Assembly (NCBI RefSeq): GCF_009834535.1
Contig: NC_045707.1
Coordinates: 53,632,001 to 53,696,000 of the forward strand
Direction: 5' to 3'
Length of the DNA: 64,000 nt
Source of the DNA: Camelus ferus
Lineage: Eukaryota
Below are positions 53,568 to 64,000 of the stretch, piece by piece. Numbering within the stretch: the stretch's first letter is position 1; each line of letters opens with the position of its first letter. A program made the position numbers and the translations under genes. A model generated the notes under the pieces. The model had not been told where the DNA came from. It worked only from the letters and a program-made list of their open reading frames with translations, and did not search any database.

Positions 53568-56279
53568 TAGTATCTGCAAGTTTTGAACTCCCAGTTTATC
53601 CCTTCCCACCAAAAACTGACATAACATTGCAAGCTGACTATACTTCAATTTAAAAGATACATTAAACCAAGAATTATTTGCACTATAATATAGGCAATGC
53701 TCATTATTAGGTATTAACCCCACACTGAATGTCCTTGTTATTAAGGGCTGTGTATAATTTATGGGACATAGCGAAGTGATTTCAAATATGATGCTCCAAA
53801 GAAATAGTTAATGAGAAGCAATGAGAATTCTAAATAGATCTTTGTGTTTTCTTTATGTGGCCAGTTCTACCAGATGCATTAGAGAGATACAGAAGAATGG
53901 GTATTGAGAAAGTATTGTCTATTAGAAACTTCAGAAGTCAGTTACAGAGGAAAGGGGACTGTGGAAACCCCCTGTCAAATGATTTAATAGAATGATGGAT
54001 AAAGAGAGGAAGTGTTGCTTATGCAGAATCAAGGAAGCCAAAGTAAAATTTGAAAAATATGAGAACTTTAGTTCTGCTGTTACAGAGTGTAAAAAGTCAG
54101 TAGAAAGGGACATACTGAGAAGATTTAAAATAAGTGATGTAATAATAGAAAAAGTGGAGTTATGGAGGAGAGTGCAAAAGAGCTCAGGGCTAGCTTTGAA
54201 AGAAGTATGTCTACATTTCCCTCTGACATTATGTGGTAGACAAGAGCATAGATTGAGAAAAAGGTTTAATGAGGTTTAGAGGGAGACAGGAGGGGTAGTT
54301 TTATATACTGAGTCGAAGAAGCAATCATACGCCTCTTAGATGATATGTTCCTGTTATAGTTCTATACATGTCTACATACTACAGATGTTAATGAGTCAGT
54401 TAATCTAAATATAATGATAAAGAGAAGATGGATCTAGAATTTTGAGAAGAATGGTTAAGGTGAAAGTTAAGAAGGAGAGTCCACTTGAAACAAAGAAACA
54501 AACAAAAAACAATTAACTGAGAATTTTGTTAAAATGAATCTATGTGAATTAGTGCTAAAATTTTCCAAAGGCACACACATGGTCTACATATACAAATCCC
54601 CAATGTTAATAATACAATATTTTCACATCCCTTTTTTAGTACTTTTGATCACTAATTATAATGATGATCTTCAGAAATTAAATCACATAAACTCTCTGAG
54701 CCACCGTTTTAATGTAAATAAAAGAACGTGGTGGGGATAACTTATCTCCACCATTCTTCCAGTTACTTCCAAGCAAAGCATATGAGTATTGTTCCCTAAT
54801 CCAACATGTTGTTAGTGGAGATAGCAAATAACATGATACTTGCTTTTGCTCATGAAAAGGCAATTTTTCAATTCTTTTTCGTAGCTTATGATCACTGATT
54901 TTTTATGTGAGCATGAGGTGATGGTGTGGTTACTTGAAAGAATTATGATCTGCTTTGGAAAAAAACAAAACAAAACAAAGGTCCCTTTTCATTCTGGGAA
55001 GTGTTTTCATCCTGTCGTATATCAGAGAAGACTGGAGAGCCAAGGGTTATTGTAGGGCAACCAGAAACTTCTTGCTACAGAGGATGGAGTTTAAAAAAAA
55101 AAAAGGAAAAACAATTTCTAGTTCCTCCTGTGAAACAAGTGAGCACGCCTTAGTGCCTCTGCGATCTTCTCTGGGGAGCAGTTATTGGATGAGGGAAAGG
55201 CTAGCTTCCTTCTCATAAAGTCTGTGTGTGTCTGGTGAACGCCAGAGGCAAGCACTTGCAGGCTGTGTGAACCTTCTGTGGGAGCGTTGAGACACTTCAG
55301 GGGCTGCTCATCGAGTTATCAGATACACAGAAACATACCCTTGTGTCAAGGAACATCTCTTCATTTTTTTCAGAGATTCTATATTTAAGTCACTTTTCAG
55401 TGGAATCACATAAAATAAGAGAGGAATTGTACAGCTGTGAGTTTCAAGCTCTTGTTTCTTTCTGTTCGCTGTTTATTATTTGCCTAAGACTTTCAGCCAT
55501 TTCAGGGCAAGGTCTACTAGTCTCTAGATAGTGTCATTCATACTTACATTCTTCCTGCCTGATTAGCCACTTTAAGCTTTGTCGTCTTTTGCATTTGGCT
55601 AGTGATAACAAAATGCATAAATGCTTCATATGAAACAAAATATCCTGAGGATTCTCGTAGTAATGTTAGTATCTGGAGCCAGTTGGGGGGGGGGGGGAAT
55701 GGTTAACAACTCGTCACTGTAGTCATGTTAAGAAATTTTGACAATTACACACCAAGGTTTTGTGTTTCTGCCTCATTTACTAAATTCTTAGGAAATAGCT
55801 GTTATTCAAGACTGCTGCTTTTGTCCTTTCCTTCCCACTAAATCTGTTTTTAAAAAACATCTAAGGCAACATTTTTCTTCTTATAAAATATTCCTACTTA
55901 AGGACCAAGAATTAGAATTGCCCCTGATCTTGTCTTCAATTTATTTTAAATTCTTTCCTTTTGGTTTTTGATATTTTTATTGTTTGTTTGGTTGATTTGG
56001 TACTTTATGTGACATTTTACAGGAAAGAGTAAAGGGGTGTGGGGAACATGTTTAAATTTTTAGATAAATCATTGTAACAAGTAAACAAAAATAATTGTGT
56101 TTTTCTCTGAATTTTTGTTCTCCAAGGGTAAATTAAACAATCGTTTGTGGGTGTGAGGATTAGGAAATACAGTTTAGAAAGAATCTAGGAAGGCAGCCCA
56201 AATCTATGCTAATAATTTTTTCTCCTGCCCTCCTTTCTCAAAAAGTAAGATTAAATGTGATCTAACTAACGTATCTGGA

Positions 56280-58025
56280 AGAAAAATCCAAACATACTGG
56301 TGGTTTGGGGTTTTTAAGAGACTAAATTGTCGTTGTTTGAAAGTCTAGAAGATCACCAAGGACTTATTAGCCTCGAAATCAACCTTTTCCTATGGAGGAG
56401 AATAAAAAAGACTGATTCTAGAATTCTAATCACAATATCAGAATCTAGAAAAGAGTAAAGAATAGAGACATTTGAGAAGAAAGTACTGCAAAACTAGAAA
56501 CTGCACTCAGCCAATATATCATTTGTATTTTTGAACTATGAGGAAGCACAATATGACATTCAGGAATTCAGAAAGTACATCATTCATGAGTCTTCTATGT
56601 GGTAATTACTTGAAGATCTGCTCCACTCAAATGAAAATTAAATAAGAGAAAATATCTCAGAATATCTCAAGGTAGAAAATATTGGTGTATGAGAAATAGT
56701 GATGATCAGTGAATGTATTCAAAATTTGGGTTAATCCCAAATAGATGATAATATTGTGGTTGTGAACAGTAATATTCGTAAAGATAAATAAAACTTTAGG
56801 AAACTTGATCAGTCAGACAGTATTTTCTTAAGAAAGGATAAAACAATAAATCCCTAGTGCATTTTAAATATGGGATTATATATATGTTATCAAAGGAATG
56901 AGATAAAATATATCACTTATGGCAATAGGTTGAAAAATATGATAGTCAATGATAAAGACTCTCAGTTTTGAATAACTTAATACAAACAGTAAATTTTGCT
57001 AAAAAGAAACAGATCTAACATAAAATGGCAAAAGTGATTCAAAATTAAGTAATAAGCAAATAAGTCATAACAAATTTTAAATTAGATATGATAGCATTTA
57101 AAGACAACAGAAATTGACACAACATTGTAAACCTACTACACTTCAATAAAAATATATTAAAAAAATAAAGACAACAACCTCGACAGTAAAAGATGGATAA
57201 TTTTAATGATGAATGGTGCAACCCACCAAGGTGATCAGCAGGACAAGAAATGCATGAAACAAAGTCCTTTGGAAATACACATAAAAATTGTTAAATCAAC
57301 AAACATGTTCCTCAGAAATTGGAGATTTTAAAAAACATTTTTCTGAGAATTGACAGTCTAATAATGACTGGGTCAGGGAAGAAGGACATCAAAGATTTTA
57401 ATCTAAAAATAAATAAATAAATTTAATCTAACACAGACATGTGCACAGATCATGTTTAATTGATCCCACACGTAGTTTAAATCTACAACTGTGTGTATGT
57501 TACCCTGTTATGCCTGTGGAACGTACGCAAGAAGTTGTATACAAATAAAACTTAATGTACTAAAACATAGAGATGTTAGAGGATACTTTTTTTGGATAAA
57601 AATGCAATAAAAAACAAGAAGAACAAGAAGTATTTCAGGAATTTTTTGACAGTTCTTCAGACTGTACATAAAGGAGGAAGAGTCTATTTCACATCATTTT
57701 AAATAATTTGATTCTATATTTTAGGCTCTCTGGGAATTGTGTACTGAAACTTACAACTTATATTTATAACTTTTTTCCTCTGTTAGTACTAAATTTCTTT
57801 TAACATGATCAAGAGTATTCATTAGAAATCATCATCAAACATTACATGAAACGGCTAAATCTAAAGTGTCCCTCAGTGAACTTAAGAATAAGACAGATAC
57901 CCACAATAGCTACTGATATTCTGTATTAATTTGAAGGCTTTAAGTCCAAGAAGCCAGAAAAATTAAATAAACGCTATAAATTCAGATGAAGAAGAGACTA
58001 ATTTATTATTAGTTACAGACGACAT
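56280..58025 (+). mobile_element. Highly degraded old L1 (ORF1 end and ORF2 pieces)
   Basis: Residual motifs (ctagaaactgcactcagccaa; gaataagacagatacccac...ttgaaggctttaag; ttattagttacagacgacatg, like LFADDM). Confidence 0.5.
57110..57165 (+). mobile_element. 56-bp extremely truncated L1 3' end
   Basis: gaaattgacacaacattgtaaacctactacacttcaataaaa plus A tail; TSD TAAAGACAACA at 57099-57109 and 57166-57176. Confidence 0.9.
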
Positions 58026-58031
58026 GCTGAG

Positions 58032-58712
58032 GTCCACGAAGTCTGGAAGAAGTGACTGCAAGGCTGTGGAGGCCTCAGTGGTTCCTCCAGGTTCAGCGGC
58101 AACGCCGAGGTCAGGCAGCACTGATGGTGGAGCTGATGGTGTACACGTGCTTGACTGCAGCTGCCTGCGTGGCGGCAATGGCTGGAGCCAAACGTGTGCA
58201 CATGAACAGCTGTGGATGCCTGGACTGCCTGTCAGGCGTGCACGTGTGTGGCTGCAGGGGCCAGCTGCAGGCTCAAGCACAGCAGAGCAGACTATGGCGG
58301 GAGTCAGGCCCAGCAGCATACAGGCGCACAGCCACTGAGGAACCTCCGACAGCTTTTGTCACCAAGCATCATGCAGTTGTGACGTCATGGACTCCACCTT
58401 CCTGAGCCAAGGAGATATCATGTACCCCCGGACCAAGAGCTATCACACATCACTGCACTTGGCACCCTATGCCACTAGACCCAGGTTCACAGCACACTGC
58501 TGTGTGTCGTCCCCCCCCCCCCCCCAGGGGAAGTCTTTTCTTAACCAAAGTCAGTCCAGGAAGTCTGGAAAAAGTGACTGCTTCTTTAAATGCAGACACC
58601 TGCACAAGGCTGCAGGAAATCACGAAGAATCAGGGAAGCGTGACACCACCAAAGGAACATAGTAGATGTCTAGGAACTGACCTCAAAGAAATGGAGTTCT
58701 ACGAATTTCCCA
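58032..58712 (+). mobile_element. Older L1 (L1MA/MB-like) 5' UTR piece and ORF1 start, rearranged
   Basis: Translation TKNQGSVTPPKEHSRCLGTDLKEMEFYEFP resembles the old L1 ORF1 start MKNQGNMTPPKEH...DPKEMEIYELP; GC-rich sequence upstream. Confidence 0.7.
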
Positions 58713-59622
58713 GATCTTTAAATTCTGCTTCCTTTTTGCTCAACAATTCGATCTTTAAGTCATTTCTTCCTTCTCGCATTTTACTATAAGCAGTCAGGAG
58801 GAACCAGGCTACCCCTTCAACAGTTTGCTTAGAAATTTATTCAGCCAAATAACCCAGTTTTATTGCTCACAAGTTCTACAGAACATTAGGACACAAACAG
58901 GATTCAGCCAACTTCTTTGCCGTTTTATAACAAGGACTGCCTTTTCTCCAGTGCCCAGTAATATGGTTGTCATTGCTATCTGAGACCTCATCAGAATGGC
59001 GTTTATCGCCCCATATTTCTGTCAACATTCAGTTCTCAATTACTTAGCTACTGTCTCTAGAAAGATTGAAGCCTTCTCCTCAGCTCCTCCTCTTCCTTCT
59101 GAGGTCCCACCAGAATCACCTTTAAAGGTCTGTTCGCAGCAGTGTAGGTTTTTTTTCTAACAAGCACCTCAAAACTCTTCCAGACTCTACCAATTACATA
59201 GTTCCAAAGTTATGTCCATACTTTTAGCTCTTTCTAACAGCAGCATCACTACTTCTGGGTACCAATTTGTCTCAGTCCATTTGGACTGCTATCACAAAAT
59301 ACCATAGACTGAGTGGCTTAACCAATAAAGATTTATCTCTCACAGTTCTGGAGGCTGGGAATTCAAGATCATGGTGTCAGCAGATGTGGTGACCCATGAG
59401 AGCCTGCCTCCTGGTTCACAGTAGTCCTTCTCACTATTGTCACATGGCAGAAGGGACCAGACAGCTCCCTGGAGGTATCTTTTTTGAGGGCACTAATCCT
59501 GTCCATGAGGGCTCCATCCTCCATACCCAGCTGTCTCCCAAAGACATCACCTCCAGATATCACATTGGGATTTAGGTTTCAGCATATGAATTTTGAGGGG
59601 ACATAAACATTCGGTCTCTGGT
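58713..59622 (-). mobile_element. MaLR element: MLT1A-like LTR (59268-59622) plus internal sequence
   Basis: Minus-strand LTR ends ggactgagaca and is followed by aattggtacccagaagtagtgatgctgctg, the typical start of MaLR internal sequence. Confidence 0.85.
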
Positions 59623-60169
59623 AGATTAGAATGCAAAAAAAAAAAGGAGAGTAAAGTCAATAAAACATGTTAGAATTATTTTGCTATTGAAAGATTCAAA
59701 TTAACTTTGGGTTTATAAACAATCTCCCTTTTTTTCCACATCATTAATTTTTTATAAGTGAACAACCACCCCCCCAAATACATTTTATGGAGGGAGAAGA
59801 GTTTCAAACACATTTCATATCATTTGTAATAGTTTGAAACTTATATTAAACTTTCCTTTTGATAATTTTGTTGTGAAAATTACAATTCACCATTTACAGT
59901 TATGCTGAATGTTTCCCTCTTTTTTTCAGAAAATGCCTAAACTGTGGTTGATATATGTTAGTACTAAATCTCTCTTAAGAAAACCTCGTATTTGACAAAA
60001 AGATATGTTCCAGTATGTCTCTGAAGAAATACAGTGAGACAAATGGGTATGTTGCCTACCAATCCCTTTTTCAGTAGAAGCTCTTACTTTATTTCCATTT
60101 AGTCAAAGGAATCGTCCCTCTGGGAAAATAAAGACACATGGTAATGCCGAAAAGAATTGTAGGATTTTA

Positions 60170-60330
60170 GAGGTGAAAAGAACTTAGAGATGGTTTAGTC
60201 TAAAGTCCTCATGTTGCAGATGAGGAAATTGAGGCCGGCCGAAGGTTACACAGCTGGTTAATGACATTGCCAGAATTAGAAATACCGTCTTCTGGTTCTC
60301 AGTCCAGTGCTTCTTTTTGTTATACTGTGC
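60170..60330 (-). mobile_element. MIR SINE
   Basis: ttgcagatgaggaaattgaggcc...aaggttacacagctggttaatgac...ctggttctcagtccagtgct (MIR core). Confidence 0.8.
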
Positions 60331-61896
60331 TGTGGCCCACTTCATGTCACCTCTGAAAAAGTGTTCTCCTAAAGCATCTGTGCAAGACTCATATCATCTT
60401 GAACAGAAATATTTTCTCTGCCAAAAAATGCCTGCCAAGGATTCTGCTACTAAAAGCTCCCACTGGGCAAAGGGTCCCTAGACAGCACACTGAACAAACT
60501 GTAATGAACTATATAATGTCTCCATTCTCTAGTGACATGGAGGCTTCACAATGTAGACTTTGTATTTTTAAAATGAATATTTTAAGCAAGCATCTCAGTT
60601 ATCTAACCCTGTGCACCACATCCCATGAGACAGGGCCTACAGCCTCTCACACTCAGTGATGTTATGCTTAGGGCAAAAGGGGGCTGTTTCAAGATAGTTG
60701 GCTTTGTCTGTGTAGACCCCATTTTGTTTTCCTTTTTTCTTGAAGAAATCAGCATGATCTCTCTGGCCTTTTCTGTAACTGAGCAATTGAGTAAGGTCTC
60801 AATGTAAAAGCTGTATTCACAGCAATAGTGCAAAATGCCACTGAGAGGCCACTTGCAGACTTCATTCAATTCCTGTAACAGATATTCTCCATTCTGTGCT
60901 CCAGGAGCTGAAATAGGCTTTGTTCCCTAGAGTTATCAGTTGTACCAGATGAACACTATATCTTGAATATTACAGAAAGCTGGATTCATAGTGAATTTGT
61001 AAATTCATGCGGATAAAAAACAGAGTAATCAAAATAAATGTAATGCTATAATAACTAGCATGCTTAGGAGATTAAAATGAGGTCCTTGATTTCTGTCCAG
61101 GTGAACACTCATCTTTGATTTGGACCACAGAGTCTCACATTTAAGTCACTTTGATAATGTTACCTTCCTATCATCCCCAAAAGTCACCATGGCAACAAAT
61201 CAATGTCAAAGAAAACCTCTTCATTACATATTGTTTTTTAACGTCTATAAGTTATCAGTCTGTATTTGGAACATAATCCATTATATCTAGGAACTTTTCA
61301 TATGTTTATTATTTATATTTCACTATTAATGCTTTCTTATGCACCATAATCACATATATTTTCCCCAGTGTGGAGTCCTAAAACTATGTTATGTTACAAA
61401 ACATACTCCCTCTGTCCACATTCCCTTGAATCACAGAGGAAAAAAAAGTGATTTCTGTTCATCATAACTAAATGTCATTAATTTTTAATTTTTTCTTTAT
61501 CTTAAGTTGAATGCCTAGAAAATACCTACACTATTTTTATAGCCTTGACTTTGTGTATATATATTTTTTAAAAACACAGCTATTTCCATGCTGAGAGAAT
61601 AAGTCTGTTCTAAAAAATTAAACACTTTAATTTTGTTACCTTCAAATTTTTACAGTAATGGAAAGCCATTACTGTAATTGTGTTTTTAATCATACTCACC
61701 CTGGGAAGCTAACTTTATGGGGGAACATATTTATTTGAGTATGTCCTTCCTCCAGTTAATAAACCTCTCTTTCTTTTTCTCCACACCTACTAATTTTGAG
61801 TAGAATATACAAATCCAACCACCTGCCATTATTACAGCAGTAGCATGAAAGTCTGGTTGCAATGTCTTAATTCCTGTTGAATTTGTGGTACATTTG

Positions 61897-61898
<2 letters not shown>

Positions 61899-61940
<42 letters not shown>
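61899..61940. repeat. (GT)n microsatellite
   Basis: Directly visible. Confidence 0.98.
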
Positions 61941-61941
<1 letters not shown>

Positions 61942-62641
61942 CGCTGACAAGTTTTTATAACCAGATTGAGGCATAGTCAGGTCGGATAATCCTTTAAGCT
62001 CTTTTCTACTGCTGCTTTAATAACACTTCATGCATTTCCAAATATTTTTAAATGTTCTATTTGATCTAAATAATCAGGCAAATTGTTGCCTATTTTCCCT
62101 GGTAATCAAAATAAAATAGAAAAGCCAAAATTACAAAGGAAAATGTAAAAAACAAACACAACATAAATATGTGATAAAAGCCTGAATCAGTTACTAGGGG
62201 GTAAATTAGCCCAAATAAATTACCTATAACAGTGAGTATAACTGCTTTCCCTGCAAAAGGAAAGGAGCTTGATTAGGCAAGACAAGGCTGAATTGTAGCT
62301 AAAATCAGAATAGTTAAGATAGCAAGTGGCAAAAGGCCAAAAAAAACAGAAAAAAAGATTAGACAGTGGAGAGAGGAGAAATGCAGGATACATTCTGATA
62401 AAGAAAAGATGCCTTGTTAGCAGCATCTGCCAAAACAGGACTGAATAGTGGCACAGCACTGGTGCAGTGAGTCACTTCTGGTAAACAAGCGTCTGGAATT
62501 TTAGTAGACAAGTCTTATCTAAGACTCAGGCCATGGAGGACCTGATCTATTGCTACTCAGTGTAACAGAACTGACAGCCCAGTAGCAAAATCTAGCAAGG
62601 TAGGAGTGGGGTAGATCAACTAGTCATTTAAAAAGGAAACT

Positions 62642-62708
62642 GGAAAGAAAGAAAGGGGGGAGGGGGGAGAGAGAGAGAGGGAGAGAGAGAGAGAGAGAGG
62701 GAGGGAGG

Positions 62709-62756
<48 letters not shown>

Positions 62757-62759
62757 GAG
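62642..62759. repeat. (GA)n-rich polypurine tract
   Basis: Directly visible; source of the spurious SLSLSL ORF. Confidence 0.97.
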
Positions 62760-64000
62760 CGCGAGAGCAGCCGGTGACAGCCGTTTCATTCACTGAGCAC
62801 ATGCCCAGAGGGAGAACCTACTCTCAGAGGTCTCTGTTTCACTTTATTCTCAATGTTTAAACATTTCTAGTGTTTAAAGATAACAAAAATGTGATGGTTA
62901 TTATAGCACATATATATATCTATATATATCTTTACATATTTTGCGTATATACATTGTCTAATTTCCCATGCATGTTATTGATAGAGTTATATATAAATAA
63001 CATACAATAATTTTTGAGTAAATAGGAAGGTAATTTTTCAGGGTAATTTTCTAGGGAAATTTTTTTTTCCTGCTGCCTTTATATTCTAATCCTCATTTCA
63101 GTCCCCATCCTCCCATCAGACAAGACCACACTGTATCATCATACTGAATGCTGGCCATTGGAGGTCCTGAATACTTTAAGAGAAGACCACTGAATGTACC
63201 GCTCTTTAGTCACAGTTTGACCTTTTTCTTTTGCTTTTATAGTTCGGCATTTGAAACTGCTACCTGACCTCTCAGCAGGTTAGCTATGATCTCCTCATCT
63301 TTGCCTACTTGATTATACTTAGGCAAAATTCTTAAAAGGAATAATAGAAGAGAGAGTCCTTTACAATTATAAGAGATACTAAGGTTGTTTTCTGTGCTCT
63401 TTTATTCACTTATGTGAATCCCCCCAAATCCCATTCATTTGAAAAAATATCAAGTAGCATCTTTGTGCCGGGGTTTGACTAGATATCAATATGCAAATGC
63501 TGTTCATGTCAGTCAGGGGTTCGCCCCTATTCACATCAGAGTGACACGAATGTCTTCTTCTCAAGGAAAAACAAAATCAGTGCTTCTCCACCCTTTATTT
63601 TTCTTATTAAACTTAATTTCTTATTAAGATTTCTATCTTGTGAGGTCTTCCTTCTGAGCCCTAGGACTAATTTTTAAAATGAATAATTTATTTAAAATAT
63701 TAATTGGTTAAAGTGCTTGTTCATATTTCAAAAACGGCTCCTACTGAAAAGTGGTAGTAAACTAAGGCTAATCCACACATCACATTTTCCCCAGGGTTTT
63801 ACCAACTTCATCCTTTAGTGTGTGGGCTTCTCGCACTTTAGAAAATCCTTGCTTTGTTACTATTACAGAGAGAATTATGAGCTATCATTCAGATATGTTA
63901 GGATGGAAAAAGTTTGAGAACTGTTCGCCTTAGTTCAATATGAAGTTCTTAGGGAAGTTAGGAAATCATTTTCAGGAAGACAGCCTTTAGGAGAACTATT

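Larger units (their letters stand above)
46370..53654. mobile_element. Older L1 3'-tail element split by the full-length L1 (46370-46492 and 53585-53654)
   Basis: Joining the two flanks gives a continuous match to the L1 3' UTR at 355-500; 53607-53654 is an L1 terminus in the opposite orientation. Confidence 0.8.

Noticed and set aside
57963..58789. Cluster of 90-118 aa ORFs on both strands
   Set aside because: GC-rich old L1 5' UTR with few stops; only the ORF1-start remnant is recognisable
60603..60910. ~100-codon minus-strand open frame
   Set aside because: No recognisable domain or clear donor site; length within chance expectation
1..64000. CRISPR arrays, operons or other prokaryotic systems
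   Set aside because: The sequence is mammalian repeat-rich DNA with no regularly spaced repeat-spacer array and no gene-dense region

Overview
AT-rich mammalian genomic DNA, most likely from a camelid (inferred from two tRNA-derived SINEs and the L1 3' tails), and dominated by transposable elements. No host protein-coding exon could be identified with confidence, so the window reads as intronic or intergenic. The main feature is a young, full-length ~7.1 kb LINE-1 on the minus strand (46493-53567). It has a perfect 17-bp target-site duplication, a CpG-rich 5' UTR with a YY1 site, an intact ORF1, a ~400-bp inter-ORF spacer and an ORF2 broken by small deletions and one nonsense codon. It is inserted inside an older L1 tail that looks 5'-inverted. 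The rest is a second, internally deleted L1, several tiny L1 tails, MaLR/ERV LTRs, an ERVL gag relic, old L1M/L2/MIR fragments and microsatellites. Nearly all short ORFs in the track are chance ORFs or antisense shadows of L1. I found no convincing new biological system; the findings concern retrotransposon structure, small rearrangements and weak exon or regulatory candidates. Boundaries and subfamily names of old repeats are approximate and come from recognition by eye, not a database search.
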